Below, one piece after another: positions 1 to 8,987 of a stretch of 64,000 nt of DNA; position 1 is the first letter of the stretch; the number at the start of each line of letters is the position of its first letter. A program made the translations under genes and the position numbers. This stretch comes from a virus. Where the stretch lies: positions 1 through 64,000 of the IMG/VR virus record IMGVR_UViG_3300028859_000013. One strand, written 5' to 3'. The notes below the pieces were generated by a model. That model searched no databases and was not told where the DNA came from. It saw nothing but the letters and a program-made list of their open reading frames with translations.

Positions 1-282
1 TTTTAGATTCAATAATTTTAGTGTTTATACATCTATTCAATTCAATTATATCATATCTCCTATGATTACCATTAGTTCTTATTGAAGTTATAATTCCATT
101 GCTCTCCCACCGTCTTAGTGTTGATTTTGATACTTTTAAATATTCAGATGCTTCATTCAAATTTAACATTTATTTATTTATTTTTTTTATAAACTATATA
201 TAAATAAAATAAAGTCAATTTTAGTTAATTTTGAATAATAATAAGCAAATATAAATAAGAATTTATCTAACTGTTACTACCC
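1..282 (-). mobile_element. Probable left end of an IS607-family element
   Basis: TnpA start at 169. Tandem 10-bp repeats AGTCAATTTT/AGTTAATTTT at 213-232. TATATTTG promoter-like site (246-253, minus). GG run at about 280-283 where the upstream ORF ends abruptly. Boundary is approximate. Confidence 0.5.
2..169 (-). CDS. tnpA: IS607-family transposase TnpA, N-terminal MerR-type HTH (partial, runs off left edge)
   Basis: Hand translation (not in ORF track): MLNLNEASEYLKVSKSTLRRWESNGIITSIRTNGNHRRYDIIELNRCINTKIIESK... The A..L.VS..TLRRW...G......RT.G.HRRY pattern is typical of IS607 TnpA N-termini. The catalytic domain lies outside the window. Confidence 0.75.
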   Translation of the reverse strand, partial: MLNLNEASEYLKVSKSTLRRWESNGIITSIRTNGNHRRYDIIELNRCINTKIIESK

Positions 283-489
283 CATCCATGAAGTTTTTGT
301 ATCTATAACGTAAATAAAAATCCATCCACTATTTTTTATATAACCATTATTCATATCATATATTTGTTGCTTTAAAAAATCATCAAATTTAAGTTTATTT
401 AATGAGATTTCAAAATATGGTTCATCTGTATTTATTTTCCAAAATTTACCTTCTTCTTTAGAATTTTCAAATATTTTTATATATTTCAT
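277..489 (-). CDS. MKYxKxFE-family small protein, probably truncated by the IS607 insertion
   Basis: Starts MKYIKIFE. TTAATATATA lies just upstream. Lacks the KFN[LI] end of many family members. Confidence 0.6.
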   Translation of the reverse strand: MKYIKIFENSKEEGKFWKINTDEPYFEISLNKLKFDDFLKQQIYDMNNGYIKNSGWIFIYVIDTKTSWMG

Positions 490-567
490 ACTTATTTATA
501 TATTAATTTTTATTTTATAATTTTCTGTGAAGTTATTTTTATATATACTTTAAAATAATTAATATAA

Positions 568-1125
568 ATGAAGAAACTATTTGAAGAATATGTAGAATCT
601 GCTGATTATAAAATTTCAGTATTTTTTAAAGAATTAAAATCTCAAATTGAAAGATGGTTTACTGAAGGCTCATTGGCTGCTCAAGGTTGTGCATTAGATG
701 GACAAATTGATATATCTAATTCAAATCCAATGGAGAAATTTTTAATTTTTAATTTTTCTGAGCCTATAGAAGAAACTAAAAATAAAAAAGATGAAGATGA
801 AGAAAATTCTATTTTTAGATATAGAGTTATATTTATGGTTAGACTTGATGAAATGAAAGGTACAGATAACTCTCAATCACAAGGAGATGGTACTGCACCA
901 ATAGAAACTCCAGTTGAAGGTAAATCACTTGAAATAAATAAAGTATTATTGAAAATTCATCAATTTGATGATGATATGAAAGAAAAAGGTGAATTAGTAG
1001 AAGAAGTCAATGTTGAAGATATAAAAGAAGATTTTATTATTGATAAAATAGGTCAATTAAAAGATAAATCAGATGATAAAGGAATAGATCAAAATGATTT
1101 AAAAGATAATATTCATACACAATGA
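568..1125 (+). CDS. Hypothetical acidic protein with CTS-like N-terminus (MKKLFEEYVE)
   Basis: 185-aa ORF. TTTTTATATATA upstream. Confidence 0.7.
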   Translation: MKKLFEEYVESADYKISVFFKELKSQIERWFTEGSLAAQGCALDGQIDISNSNPMEKFLIFNFSEPIEETKNKKDEDEENSIFRYRVIFMVRLDEMKGTDNSQSQGDGTAPIETPVEGKSLEINKVLLKIHQFDDDMKEKGELVEEVNVEDIKEDFIIDKIGQLKDKSDDKGIDQNDLKDNIHTQ

Positions 1126-1574
1126 TAATAGTCGCAAATACATCAATGTTAAATATATTTAGAAAAATTTCAATATTTAAAATGGATCTAGGTTCTAATT
1201 TTATTGATTTGAAACAAGAAACCGTAATGCTAAAAGATCCGTTCATGATTAAATATTTTAATATGACAGGAACACAAATTTTAACATATGGTTCAATAGG
1301 AAAATTAATTTTTTATCAAGATTTTAATTTATCATCAACTGAATTTTATATATTTAATGAAGAAACTATTTATAGTATGCTTTATACTAAAGATGATATG
1401 AAAATGTCGCCAGAAAATTATTTAGCATCTATTGTTAAAGAGATAAATGAAAAAGAAGGAATTAAAGATAATATTGATAAACCTATTAAAAAATCAGATC
1501 CAAATATTAAATTGCCTACTGATCAATATATTGAAGAAATGATAAAGAAAAGAAAATTAGAAGGAAATGAGTAA
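1122..1574 (+). CDS. Hypothetical protein (weak resemblance to a gp23 capsid segment)
   Basis: 150-aa ORF overlapping both neighbours by a few bases. Confidence 0.7.
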   Translation: MIIVANTSMLNIFRKISIFKMDLGSNFIDLKQETVMLKDPFMIKYFNMTGTQILTYGSIGKLIFYQDFNLSSTEFYIFNEETIYSMLYTKDDMKMSPENYLASIVKEINEKEGIKDNIDKPIKKSDPNIKLPTDQYIEEMIKKRKLEGNE

Positions 1575-2826
1575 TAAAAATTATGTTATTGATAATATTG
1601 TGGTTAATAATCATGGTCTTTTAGGATTAACTCCCAATAACGAAACCGTATATACTCAGCCATCATTACCAAAAATTATTCGAAGAGTAGTATTGGAAGA
1701 TGTTACAGGAGATGCTGAAAAAGTTACAGCGAGAACTAAAACTCCGCCAAAATCTATGTATGAATATGGAGTAAATGATAATGTAACAGGAACTTGGATT
1801 GAAAATGTCACATTAAGAAATAAAACTCCTAATAATGAACAATTATTTACTAATAATGTAGTGAATAAAACTCCTAATAATGAACAATTATTTACTAATA
1901 ATGTCGTGAATAATACATTGACTAATGAACAATTGTATGATGAAAATACAAAAAAGAATAATGTATTAACTAATGAAGAATTGTATGATGAAAATACTAA
2001 GGTCAATAATACATTAACATCAGAATCATTATATGATGAAAATACTAAGGTTAATAACACATTAACATCAGAATCATTATATGATGAAAATGTAATAAAA
2101 AATAATACTTTAACATCAGAATCATTATATGATGAAAATACTAAGGTCAATAACACATTAACATCAGAATCATTATATGATGAAAATACTAAGGTCAATA
2201 ACACATTAACATCAGAATCATTGTATGATGAAAATATTAAAGCTAATAATACATTAAATAACGAACAATTATATGATGAAAATACAATAAAAAATAACAC
2301 ATTAACATCAGAATCATTATATGATGAAAATACTAAGGCCAATAACACATTAACATCAGAATCATTATATGATGAAAATGTAATAAAAAATAATACTTTA
2401 ACATCAGAATCATTATATGATGAGAATACAAAAAAGAATAATACTTTAACATCAGAATCATTATATGATGAAAATATTAAAGTTAATAATACATTAAAGA
2501 ACGAACAATTATATGATGATAGTATAAAAATAAATAATACTTTGAAGAGTGAACAATTGTATGATGAAAATACAATAAAAAATAATACATTAAAGAACGA
2601 ACAATTATATGATGAAAATACTAAGGTCAATAACACATTAACATCAGAATCATTATATGATGATAGTATAAAAATAAATAATTCACTTAAAAATGAAATA
2701 TTATATGATAATATAATAGTTAATAATACATTGGATAATGAAGAATTATATGATAATAAAGATGGTTTTACTCCAACTAATAAAATAGAAAAAGTAGATT
2801 CGTTATATATTAACAGTAATAATTAA
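1567..2826 (+). CDS. Tandem-repeat protein (about 20 units of 15-16 aa, NNTLTSESLYDENTKV)
   Basis: 419-aa ORF with the repeat visible in both protein and DNA. Confidence 0.8.
   Translation: MSNKNYVIDNIVVNNHGLLGLTPNNETVYTQPSLPKIIRRVVLEDVTGDAEKVTARTKTPPKSMYEYGVNDNVTGTWIENVTLRNKTPNNEQLFTNNVVNKTPNNEQLFTNNVVNNTLTNEQLYDENTKKNNVLTNEELYDENTKVNNTLTSESLYDENTKVNNTLTSESLYDENVIKNNTLTSESLYDENTKVNNTLTSESLYDENTKVNNTLTSESLYDENIKANNTLNNEQLYDENTIKNNTLTSESLYDENTKANNTLTSESLYDENVIKNNTLTSESLYDENTKKNNTLTSESLYDENIKVNNTLKNEQLYDDSIKINNTLKSEQLYDENTIKNNTLKNEQLYDENTKVNNTLTSESLYDDSIKINNSLKNEILYDNIIVNNTLDNEELYDNKDGFTPTNKIEKVDSLYINSNN
1819..2756 (+). repeat. Coding tandem repeat, 48-bp period (45-bp units at the ends)
   Basis: Core ACATTAACATCAGAATCATTATATGATGAAAAT recurs every 48 bp. 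Two 15-aa units, sixteen 16-aa units, then two degenerate units. Confidence 0.95.
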
Positions 2827-2874
2827 AAAAATTTAAACTATGAGATTATTTTTCATAGTTATATTATAATGTGT

Positions 2875-2882
2875 TATCTTTG
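2875..2882 (+). promoter_or_regulatory. Bacteroidota-type -7 promoter element TAnnTTTG (TATCTTTG)
   Basis: Exact consensus match 37 nt upstream of ORF 2920. Confidence 0.6.
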
Positions 2883-2919
2883 TATATAAATTATAAATTA
2901 ATAATTAAAAAATATAATT

Positions 2920-3717
2920 ATGAGTATTCTAAATTATAAAGGTTTTTTGGATATAAAGTATAAGAATGAACTAATTGATAAAATTCTTACTATAATTGAG
3001 CCAACGTTAGAAGATTTGCTGACTAAATATGAAGAAAGCAATTTCGATGAAACAGGTAGATATTTTACAGAATTTCAAAAGGAAAATACATTATTGTATT
3101 TGATATTTGATATGGTGAAATCTATTGAAAAATATACAAAGTCATCTGATAAACTTATTGATTTGAGAACAAGATATTCTAATAAAGGAAATCTTGAAAT
3201 TTATGCAGAAATACAAAGAGATGAAGTATTTTATCCATTTTCTACTGAAGTTATAATAGCAGGTGGATATAATATTCAAAAATCTCATTATAGATATATT
3301 ACTAAAACTACTTTACCTCAAACTAATAATTCTGAGTTGACAAATATTTATGCAGAAAAAATTAAGAAATTAAATAAAACTGAAAAACTTCAAAAAGAAA
3401 TTGAGTATTATAAAAATATCATTTCATCTGCTGAAAAAGAAATATCAGAATCAATTAAATTATCAGATAAAGATATTTTTAATTTATTGCTAGATGAATC
3501 ATATGGTAGACTTATGTTGTTAACTTGGGAAACATTAGATAATGAATCTCATTCTAAACAAAATAATACTAAAGAAAGTTGGAATAAAGAACATCAAGAA
3601 TATGTAGATTACCTTATTGATAATTGGAAAAAACAACATATTTATTGGAAACAAGATAGAATAAAATCTTCCGAAATATCAATTAAAAAAATTAAAGATA
3701 AAATAAATAAATTGTGA
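2920..3717 (+). CDS. Hypothetical protein, coiled-coil C-terminal half
   Basis: 265-aa ORF downstream of a host-type promoter. Confidence 0.75.
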   Translation: MSILNYKGFLDIKYKNELIDKILTIIEPTLEDLLTKYEESNFDETGRYFTEFQKENTLLYLIFDMVKSIEKYTKSSDKLIDLRTRYSNKGNLEIYAEIQRDEVFYPFSTEVIIAGGYNIQKSHYRYITKTTLPQTNNSELTNIYAEKIKKLNKTEKLQKEIEYYKNIISSAEKEISESIKLSDKDIFNLLLDESYGRLMLLTWETLDNESHSKQNNTKESWNKEHQEYVDYLIDNWKKQHIYWKQDRIKSSEISIKKIKDKINKL

Positions 3718-4193
3718 TGATAGATAAATATGATAAATATAATTCAAGAATATCTTCAAGAAAATATATTGAGAAATTAGCAAAATCTATTTTACTATTA
3801 TTTAATCATATTATCAAAGAAGAAAATATTGATATTAAAATTAAACATAATTCATGGTGGAAATCAGAGAATGAATATTATATAAATTTTTATAAAGATG
3901 ATATCACATTAAGTAACATTTTTCATATTACATTTGATACTAAAGATAGCAAATTTGATGAATATGGTCCTTATATTCAAATAGCAATTGAAAATGGTAG
4001 TAATATAACAGATATGATAAAATGTGAAAAATTTTTATTGTTTATTAAAAAAATAATTTCTCCATTTGATTATAGTGGACAATATTATTTATTTTCTAAT
4101 TCATTTGATATAGATTCTATTCCATATTTAATTAAAGAGTTATCCATTAAAGATTATGATTTTTCAAATGATATTAAAAAATTTAATATTTGA
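3714..4193 (+). CDS. KFN[LI]-tagged family protein (ends KKFNI)
   Basis: ORF track. ATG at 3717 is the likely start. Confidence 0.75.
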   Translation: MMIDKYDKYNSRISSRKYIEKLAKSILLLFNHIIKEENIDIKIKHNSWWKSENEYYINFYKDDITLSNIFHITFDTKDSKFDEYGPYIQIAIENGSNITDMIKCEKFLLFIKKIISPFDYSGQYYLFSNSFDIDSIPYLIKELSIKDYDFSNDIKKFNI

Positions 4194-4672
4194 TTATGCT
4201 GAGAAAATATAATGAACATGTAATTTATACAGATGAATTTTTGTCACACCTTGATACTCATTATAAAGTAATCAAAATATCAGATAAAATCGTTGAATTT
4301 TTAAAGAATATTGATGATAATTTATACTATGTTACTAATTCTCCTCCAGATTATGAACATATGATAACTATTAATAGATATGAATTTCCTACTTCAGAAT
4401 CAGATGTTATTTTTTATATTCTTTTTACAATAAATGATAATGTTGATATTAAAATAGATTTTCATTGGGGTAAATCTGTAATAGAGTATCATAAAAATAA
4501 ATGGTTGCTTGAATTATCATTTCTAAGACATCTAATGTCAGCAAAAGAAGATTATGGTAAGTATTATAGTTTTTCGACTATTATTAAGCAGAATGATGTA
4601 GATAAACTCATTTCTACTATAAATATAAAATATTTTAATTTATATAAAGATAGTTTAAAATTTAATTTATAA
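4190..4672 (+). CDS. KFN[LI]-tagged family protein (MLRKYNE...LKFNL)
   Basis: ORF track. ATG at 4196 is the likely start. Confidence 0.75.
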   Translation: MIMLRKYNEHVIYTDEFLSHLDTHYKVIKISDKIVEFLKNIDDNLYYVTNSPPDYEHMITINRYEFPTSESDVIFYILFTINDNVDIKIDFHWGKSVIEYHKNKWLLELSFLRHLMSAKEDYGKYYSFSTIIKQNDVDKLISTINIKYFNLYKDSLKFNL

Positions 4673-4700
4673 AAAGCTGAAATTTAATTTCAGCTTTTTT
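4671..4700. terminator. Bidirectional intrinsic terminator
   Basis: AAAAAGCTGAAATT-T-AATTTCAGCTTTTTT hairpin between convergent genes. Confidence 0.8.
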
Positions 4701-4704
4701 GTTT

Positions 4705-5355
4705 TTAGAATGATACTTTTTTAAGAATTTCGTTGTGGTGAGAAAATGCTAATTGTGATTTTGATGCTCTATTTAATAACATCCATTTTCCATTTTTAGC
4801 ATCATCATCAAATGATAATTCGGATGTATTTTTTATATGAATGACAAAAGGAAATGTGAAGAAATTTATTTCCCTTGGATCCGTGGTTCTTATCATATCT
4901 AATGGTTCTATTCCTTTTATATCGTCACTTTTTGCCTTTGTTTCTTCCGTTAGTTCTCTGAGAACTGCTTGTTCAGGTGTTTCTCCTGCATCAATAAAGC
5001 CTCCTGGTAAAGCCCAACCTCTACCATCTTGTCTTTCTATTAGATAAACTCTACCCTCTCTTAAAGCCACTGCATCTACTGCAAAATTTGCAACATATGT
5101 TATTATATTATCATCAATTGTTTCAAAATATTTAGTTATTGGATGTCCAGAGTTCACAAAATTTGCAAACTTATCATCAATTAATGTTAATTTTCCTACT
5201 TGCTCTTTTTGTAAAATAAATTCTTTTCTATCATCTGTTTTATAAATCCAGTTTCCTTCGGAATCTTTATTTATTGATATAATAGTTACTAATTTACTCA
5301 AATCGAAATTTGATAAAGATTCATTCATATTAAATTTTTTAAAATTTGTTATCAT
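4705..5355 (-). CDS. Nudix hydrolase (ADP-ribose pyrophosphatase-like) with CTS-like N-terminus
   Basis: Nudix box GWALPGGFIDAGETPEQAVLRELTEET, AVDAV strand, DPR and LAFSH motifs. Starts MITNFKKFNMNE. Confidence 0.85.
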   Translation of the reverse strand: MITNFKKFNMNESLSNFDLSKLVTIISINKDSEGNWIYKTDDRKEFILQKEQVGKLTLIDDKFANFVNSGHPITKYFETIDDNIITYVANFAVDAVALREGRVYLIERQDGRGWALPGGFIDAGETPEQAVLRELTEETKAKSDDIKGIEPLDMIRTTDPREINFFTFPFVIHIKNTSELSFDDDAKNGKWMLLNRASKSQLAFSHHNEILKKVSF

Positions 5356-5358
5356 TAA

Positions 5359-5610
5359 TTATATTTCTATTTTTTCGAAAGGATGAGTGATTTTTATTTC
5401 TTCATCTTCCTGATTTAGTACCATATCTAAATTATTGACAATTTTATCAACATCAAAATATTTTATATTTTTTTCTGAAAATGTTCTAGCATCTTCTATA
5501 TCTAATACAAGCATTTCTCCAATAACATCATCCATATATAAATAGTAATTATCATATTTATAAACGTATTTTTTGAATAATGAGCCTTCAAATTTTTTTA
5601 CATGTTTCAT
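5359..5610 (-). CDS. MKHxKxFE-family small protein
   Basis: Starts MKHVKKFE. Confidence 0.7.
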   Translation of the reverse strand: MKHVKKFEGSLFKKYVYKYDNYYLYMDDVIGEMLVLDIEDARTFSEKNIKYFDVDKIVNNLDMVLNQEDEEIKITHPFEKIEI

Positions 5611-5629
5611 ATTTGCCTGTATTTATTTT

Positions 5630-5941
5630 TTAAAAATTATGCCATTTTGATTTTGATGGTTCTTTCATTGAATCTACTCCATGTTCAAATCCGCCTATGA
5701 AATCTTCTTCAGAAAAATTATCATCATCCATATATTGATATATTGTTTGTCCGATAAAATTTCCTAAATCTGCAAGTGTGTTTCCAACTAATTTTTCAGT
5801 ATTTAATTTTGATATTAATTCGTTTTTTATTATTTCAAATTTATCAAAATTATTGTCTATCTTAGAATGCTCAATAGGATCATTTACATCTTTTATAAGA
5901 TTTTTTAAATTATCATTCTCATTAAATTTTTGAATTTCCAT
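5630..5941 (-). CDS. Small protein with CTS-like start (MEIQKFNE)
   Basis: 103-aa ORF. TATATTTG at 5956-5963 (minus) upstream. Confidence 0.7.
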   Translation of the reverse strand: MEIQKFNENDNLKNLIKDVNDPIEHSKIDNNFDKFEIIKNELISKLNTEKLVGNTLADLGNFIGQTIYQYMDDDNFSEEDFIGGFEHGVDSMKEPSKSKWHNF

Positions 5942-6026
5942 ATTTTTATTTTTTGCAAATATACAACTATTTTATGTAATAAAAAAATTATATATACATT
6001 ATATATAAAAAATAATATATAAAATA

Positions 6027-6632
6027 ATGGAACAAAATATAATAAATAAATTAAAAGGATATATTCCAGATAATGTATTATCACAAATACCTGAAACTGC
6101 TACAAAATTCAATATAACAACAGTTCTTAGATTATGCCATTTTTTATCTCAGTGCGCACATGAGAGTGAAAACTTTACCGCAGTTAAAGAAAATTTAAAT
6201 TATTCTGCTGCGGCATTAAAAGCAACTTTTCCTACACATTTTCCTGGTACATTAAATGAGTCATATGCACATAATCCAGAAAAAATTGCAGATAGAGCAT
6301 ATGCCAATAGAATGGGTAATGGTGATGAAGCATCTGGAGACGGATATAAATATTGTGGACGCGGATATATAGAATTGACAGGTAAGGTAAATTATGTAGC
6401 CTTTGGTAAATTTATAGGTGAAGATTTATTAACAAATCCAGGATTAGTTGCTACTAAATATCCTTTAATGAGTGCAGCATTTTTCTTTCAAACTAACAAT
6501 CTGTGGAGTATATGTGATCTTGGTTGTGATTTAATTACAATAAAAAAATTAACATTAAAAATTAATGGTGCCTATAACGGATTAGATGATAGAATAAATT
6601 TGTTTAATAAATATTATAACCTTTTGAAATAA
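6027..6632 (+). CDS. Glycoside hydrolase family 19 endolysin (chitinase/lysozyme-like)
   Basis: FLSQCAHES, ENLNYS, YANRMGNG..SGDGYKYCGRGYIELTGKVNY and INGAYNGLDDR motifs. Confidence 0.9.
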   Translation: MEQNIINKLKGYIPDNVLSQIPETATKFNITTVLRLCHFLSQCAHESENFTAVKENLNYSAAALKATFPTHFPGTLNESYAHNPEKIADRAYANRMGNGDEASGDGYKYCGRGYIELTGKVNYVAFGKFIGEDLLTNPGLVATKYPLMSAAFFFQTNNLWSICDLGCDLITIKKLTLKINGAYNGLDDRINLFNKYYNLLK

Positions 6633-6634
6633 AT

Positions 6635-6700
6635 AAAAAGTGATTATCAAATTGTTAAGTATTTTGCTCAGTTTACTTGATAATTTGATAATCACTTTTT
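6635..6700. terminator. Long bidirectional hairpin terminator (paralog of 8610-8641)
   Basis: AAAAAGTGATTATCAA...TTGATAATCACTTTTT with an extended inner stem. Confidence 0.8.
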
Positions 6701-6704
6701 GTTA

Positions 6705-8549
6705 TTAATTTTTTTTTATTTTTTGTATATATCCATTATTTAAATGATTTTTAAATAATTTATTTATTATCTTCTTCTTTTTTGCTGCTGAATATGCATT
6801 TATGTTATTTTTAACAAAATCATTTCTATTTTTATATTTATTAGCTTCTTCTTGTAATTTATCTTCAGTCCAATATCCATATTTAACTCTATTTTCTAAA
6901 TGCCCTTTATTTTTGTGATCATCAAATAATTTATATAGTATATTTTTACTACGAGCAGATTCCCAAGCTTTTTTATTTTTAATACTAAATTCATTTATTG
7001 TTTTATATTTATTAGCTTCTTCTTGTAATCTATTTTCTGTCCAATATCCATTTATATTTCTATCTTTAGAATATCCTTTATTTAAATGATTTTCAAATAG
7101 TTTATCAAGCATTTTTTTATTTTTTGATGCAGAATATGCTTGAAAATCTTCATTTTTGAATTCAAGCCTTGTTTTATATTTATTAGCTTCTTCTTTTAAT
7201 TTATCTTCAGTCCAATAACCATTTATTTTTTTATCTTTGGAATATCCATTGTTTTTATGGTTTTTAAATAATTCATCTAATAATTTATTTCTAACAGCGG
7301 CGGAATATGCATTTGTATTATTTTTATAAAAATCTATTATAGATGTATATTTATTAGCTTCTTCTTGTAATTTATCTTCAGTCCAATAACCATTTATTTT
7401 TTTATCTTTGGAATATCCATTATTTAAATGATTTTTAAATATATCATTTAATATTTTTAATTTTGTTGCTGTCATATATGCAGAACCGTTATGTTCTCTA
7501 AATTCACTTCTTGTTTCGTATTTATTAGCTTCTTCTTGAATTTTTTCTTCATTCCAATATCCGTATTTAACATGATTATTAGAATATCCATTGTTTTTAT
7601 GATTTTTAAATAATTCATCTAATAATTTCTTTCTAGCAGCGGCGGAATATGCATGTGTATTATTTTTATAAAAATCTATTCTATATTCATATTTATCTGC
7701 TTCTTTTTGTAATGCTTTTTTTGTCCATTTTGTAGTATACCCACCTAATGATCCAGATTTAGCTATATTAAACATAAACCAATTATTATTTTTATAATAA
7801 TTTATCCAATATTCTTCTTGTTTTTTTGCGTCAGTTGATTTTAATTTTTCTTCTAATATTTTATATTTTGGATAAGGCATATTATTTTCCTTGCAAAATT
7901 TGTTTAATAGTTCGGTTTCATTGAATACGTGTTCTTTGTCCCTTCTATCTATATCATTAGTTAACCCAACATAAGCTTTATTAAATTCTAATAATTCATA
8001 AACATATATAACATAACTATTTTCTTTCCATTCTTTTTTATCTAAATAACCATTATTTATATGATTTTTAAATAATTCATCTATTATGTTATTCCTGAAT
8101 GATATTATATAAGCACTATTATTTTTTGTTTTAAATTCATTTCTAGTTTGATATTTATTTGCTTCTTTTTGTAATGTTTCTTTTGTCCAATGACCATCTC
8201 TAACTCTATCATTAGAATATCCGTTGTTTAAATGTTTTTTAAATAAAGTATCTAATATTTTTAATCTTTTAGCTGCACAATATGCTAAGTTGTTTTCTTT
8301 TTTAAATTCTGTTCTAGTTTGATATTTGTTTGATTCTTCTTGTAATGTTTCTTCTATCCAATGATTATGCTTATTTATAGAGTATCCTTCGTTATCATGA
8401 TTTTTAAATAATTCGTTTAATAATTTTTTATTCTTAGAATAATTGTAATATACTATGCTTTTTTTTCTGAATTCATTCCTGGTTTTATATTTATTTGCTT
8501 CTTCCTGTAATTCTTGAATATTATATTTATCTTTATTTAGTAAATTCAT
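6705..8549 (-). CDS. GIY-YIG endonuclease with nine ~57-aa helical repeats
   Basis: Central YVIYVYE..KAYVGLT....RR..EH...E...I motif. Three repeats precede and six follow it (YWTEDKLQEEANKY...AYSAA...LFKNH.N.GYS). The 171-bp period is visible at 7201 vs 7372. Confidence 0.8.
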   Translation of the reverse strand: MNLLNKDKYNIQELQEEANKYKTRNEFRKKSIVYYNYSKNKKLLNELFKNHDNEGYSINKHNHWIEETLQEESNKYQTRTEFKKENNLAYCAAKRLKILDTLFKKHLNNGYSNDRVRDGHWTKETLQKEANKYQTRNEFKTKNNSAYIISFRNNIIDELFKNHINNGYLDKKEWKENSYVIYVYELLEFNKAYVGLTNDIDRRDKEHVFNETELLNKFCKENNMPYPKYKILEEKLKSTDAKKQEEYWINYYKNNNWFMFNIAKSGSLGGYTTKWTKKALQKEADKYEYRIDFYKNNTHAYSAAARKKLLDELFKNHKNNGYSNNHVKYGYWNEEKIQEEANKYETRSEFREHNGSAYMTATKLKILNDIFKNHLNNGYSKDKKINGYWTEDKLQEEANKYTSIIDFYKNNTNAYSAAVRNKLLDELFKNHKNNGYSKDKKINGYWTEDKLKEEANKYKTRLEFKNEDFQAYSASKNKKMLDKLFENHLNKGYSKDRNINGYWTENRLQEEANKYKTINEFSIKNKKAWESARSKNILYKLFDDHKNKGHLENRVKYGYWTEDKLQEEANKYKNRNDFVKNNINAYSAAKKKKIINKLFKNHLNNGYIQKIKKN

Positions 8550-8609
8550 ATATTATCTTTTAATTTATATATAAATAAATTAAGGTTTTATATTTAAATA
8601 TGAATAAAT

Positions 8610-8641
8610 AAAAAGTGATTATCAATTGATAATCACTTTTT
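8610..8641. terminator. Hairpin terminator
   Basis: AAAAAGTGATTATCAATTGATAATCACTTTTT perfect inverted repeat. Confidence 0.8.
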
Positions 8642-8977
8642 TTATAAATTGAATTTTTCTGCATTTTCTTTCATTTTAAATTTTTCTATTTCCTTTGGAG
8701 TTGCATATCTTAGTATTTTATTAATATCAAAACATATTATATCTTCACAAAATTCAAACATAGGCATTGGTAAATTTATATATCTTAGATAAATAAAATC
8801 ATTTTCATTTCCGTCTATTTCCATATCTATTATTTTTCCGGCATTATTATTTAAATAATTATTTACATCGTTAATTGTGTATTCGTTATTCGTTTCTGTC
8901 CAATTAACGTTACCTATAACAAAATCTCCAATTTTATATTTATTTTGATTATTTTCAAAGTATTTTAAATATTTCAT
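8642..8977 (-). CDS. MKYLKxFE...KFNL family protein (KOW/SH3-like core)
   Basis: MKYLKYFE, KIGDFVI, NNNAGKI, ends EKFNL. Confidence 0.8.
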   Translation of the reverse strand: MKYLKYFENNQNKYKIGDFVIGNVNWTETNNEYTINDVNNYLNNNAGKIIDMEIDGNENDFIYLRYINLPMPMFEFCEDIICFDINKILRYATPKEIEKFKMKENAEKFNL

Positions 8978-8987
8978 GAATTATTAT

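Noticed and set aside
1656-2636. 326-aa antisense ORF
   Set aside because: It is the shadow of the tandem repeat; a stop-free unit repeated gives a long antisense frame.
1819-2756. CRISPR-like array
   Set aside because: The period is a multiple of 3 inside an ORF, the variable parts are short and themselves repeated rather than unique spacers, and no cas genes are visible.
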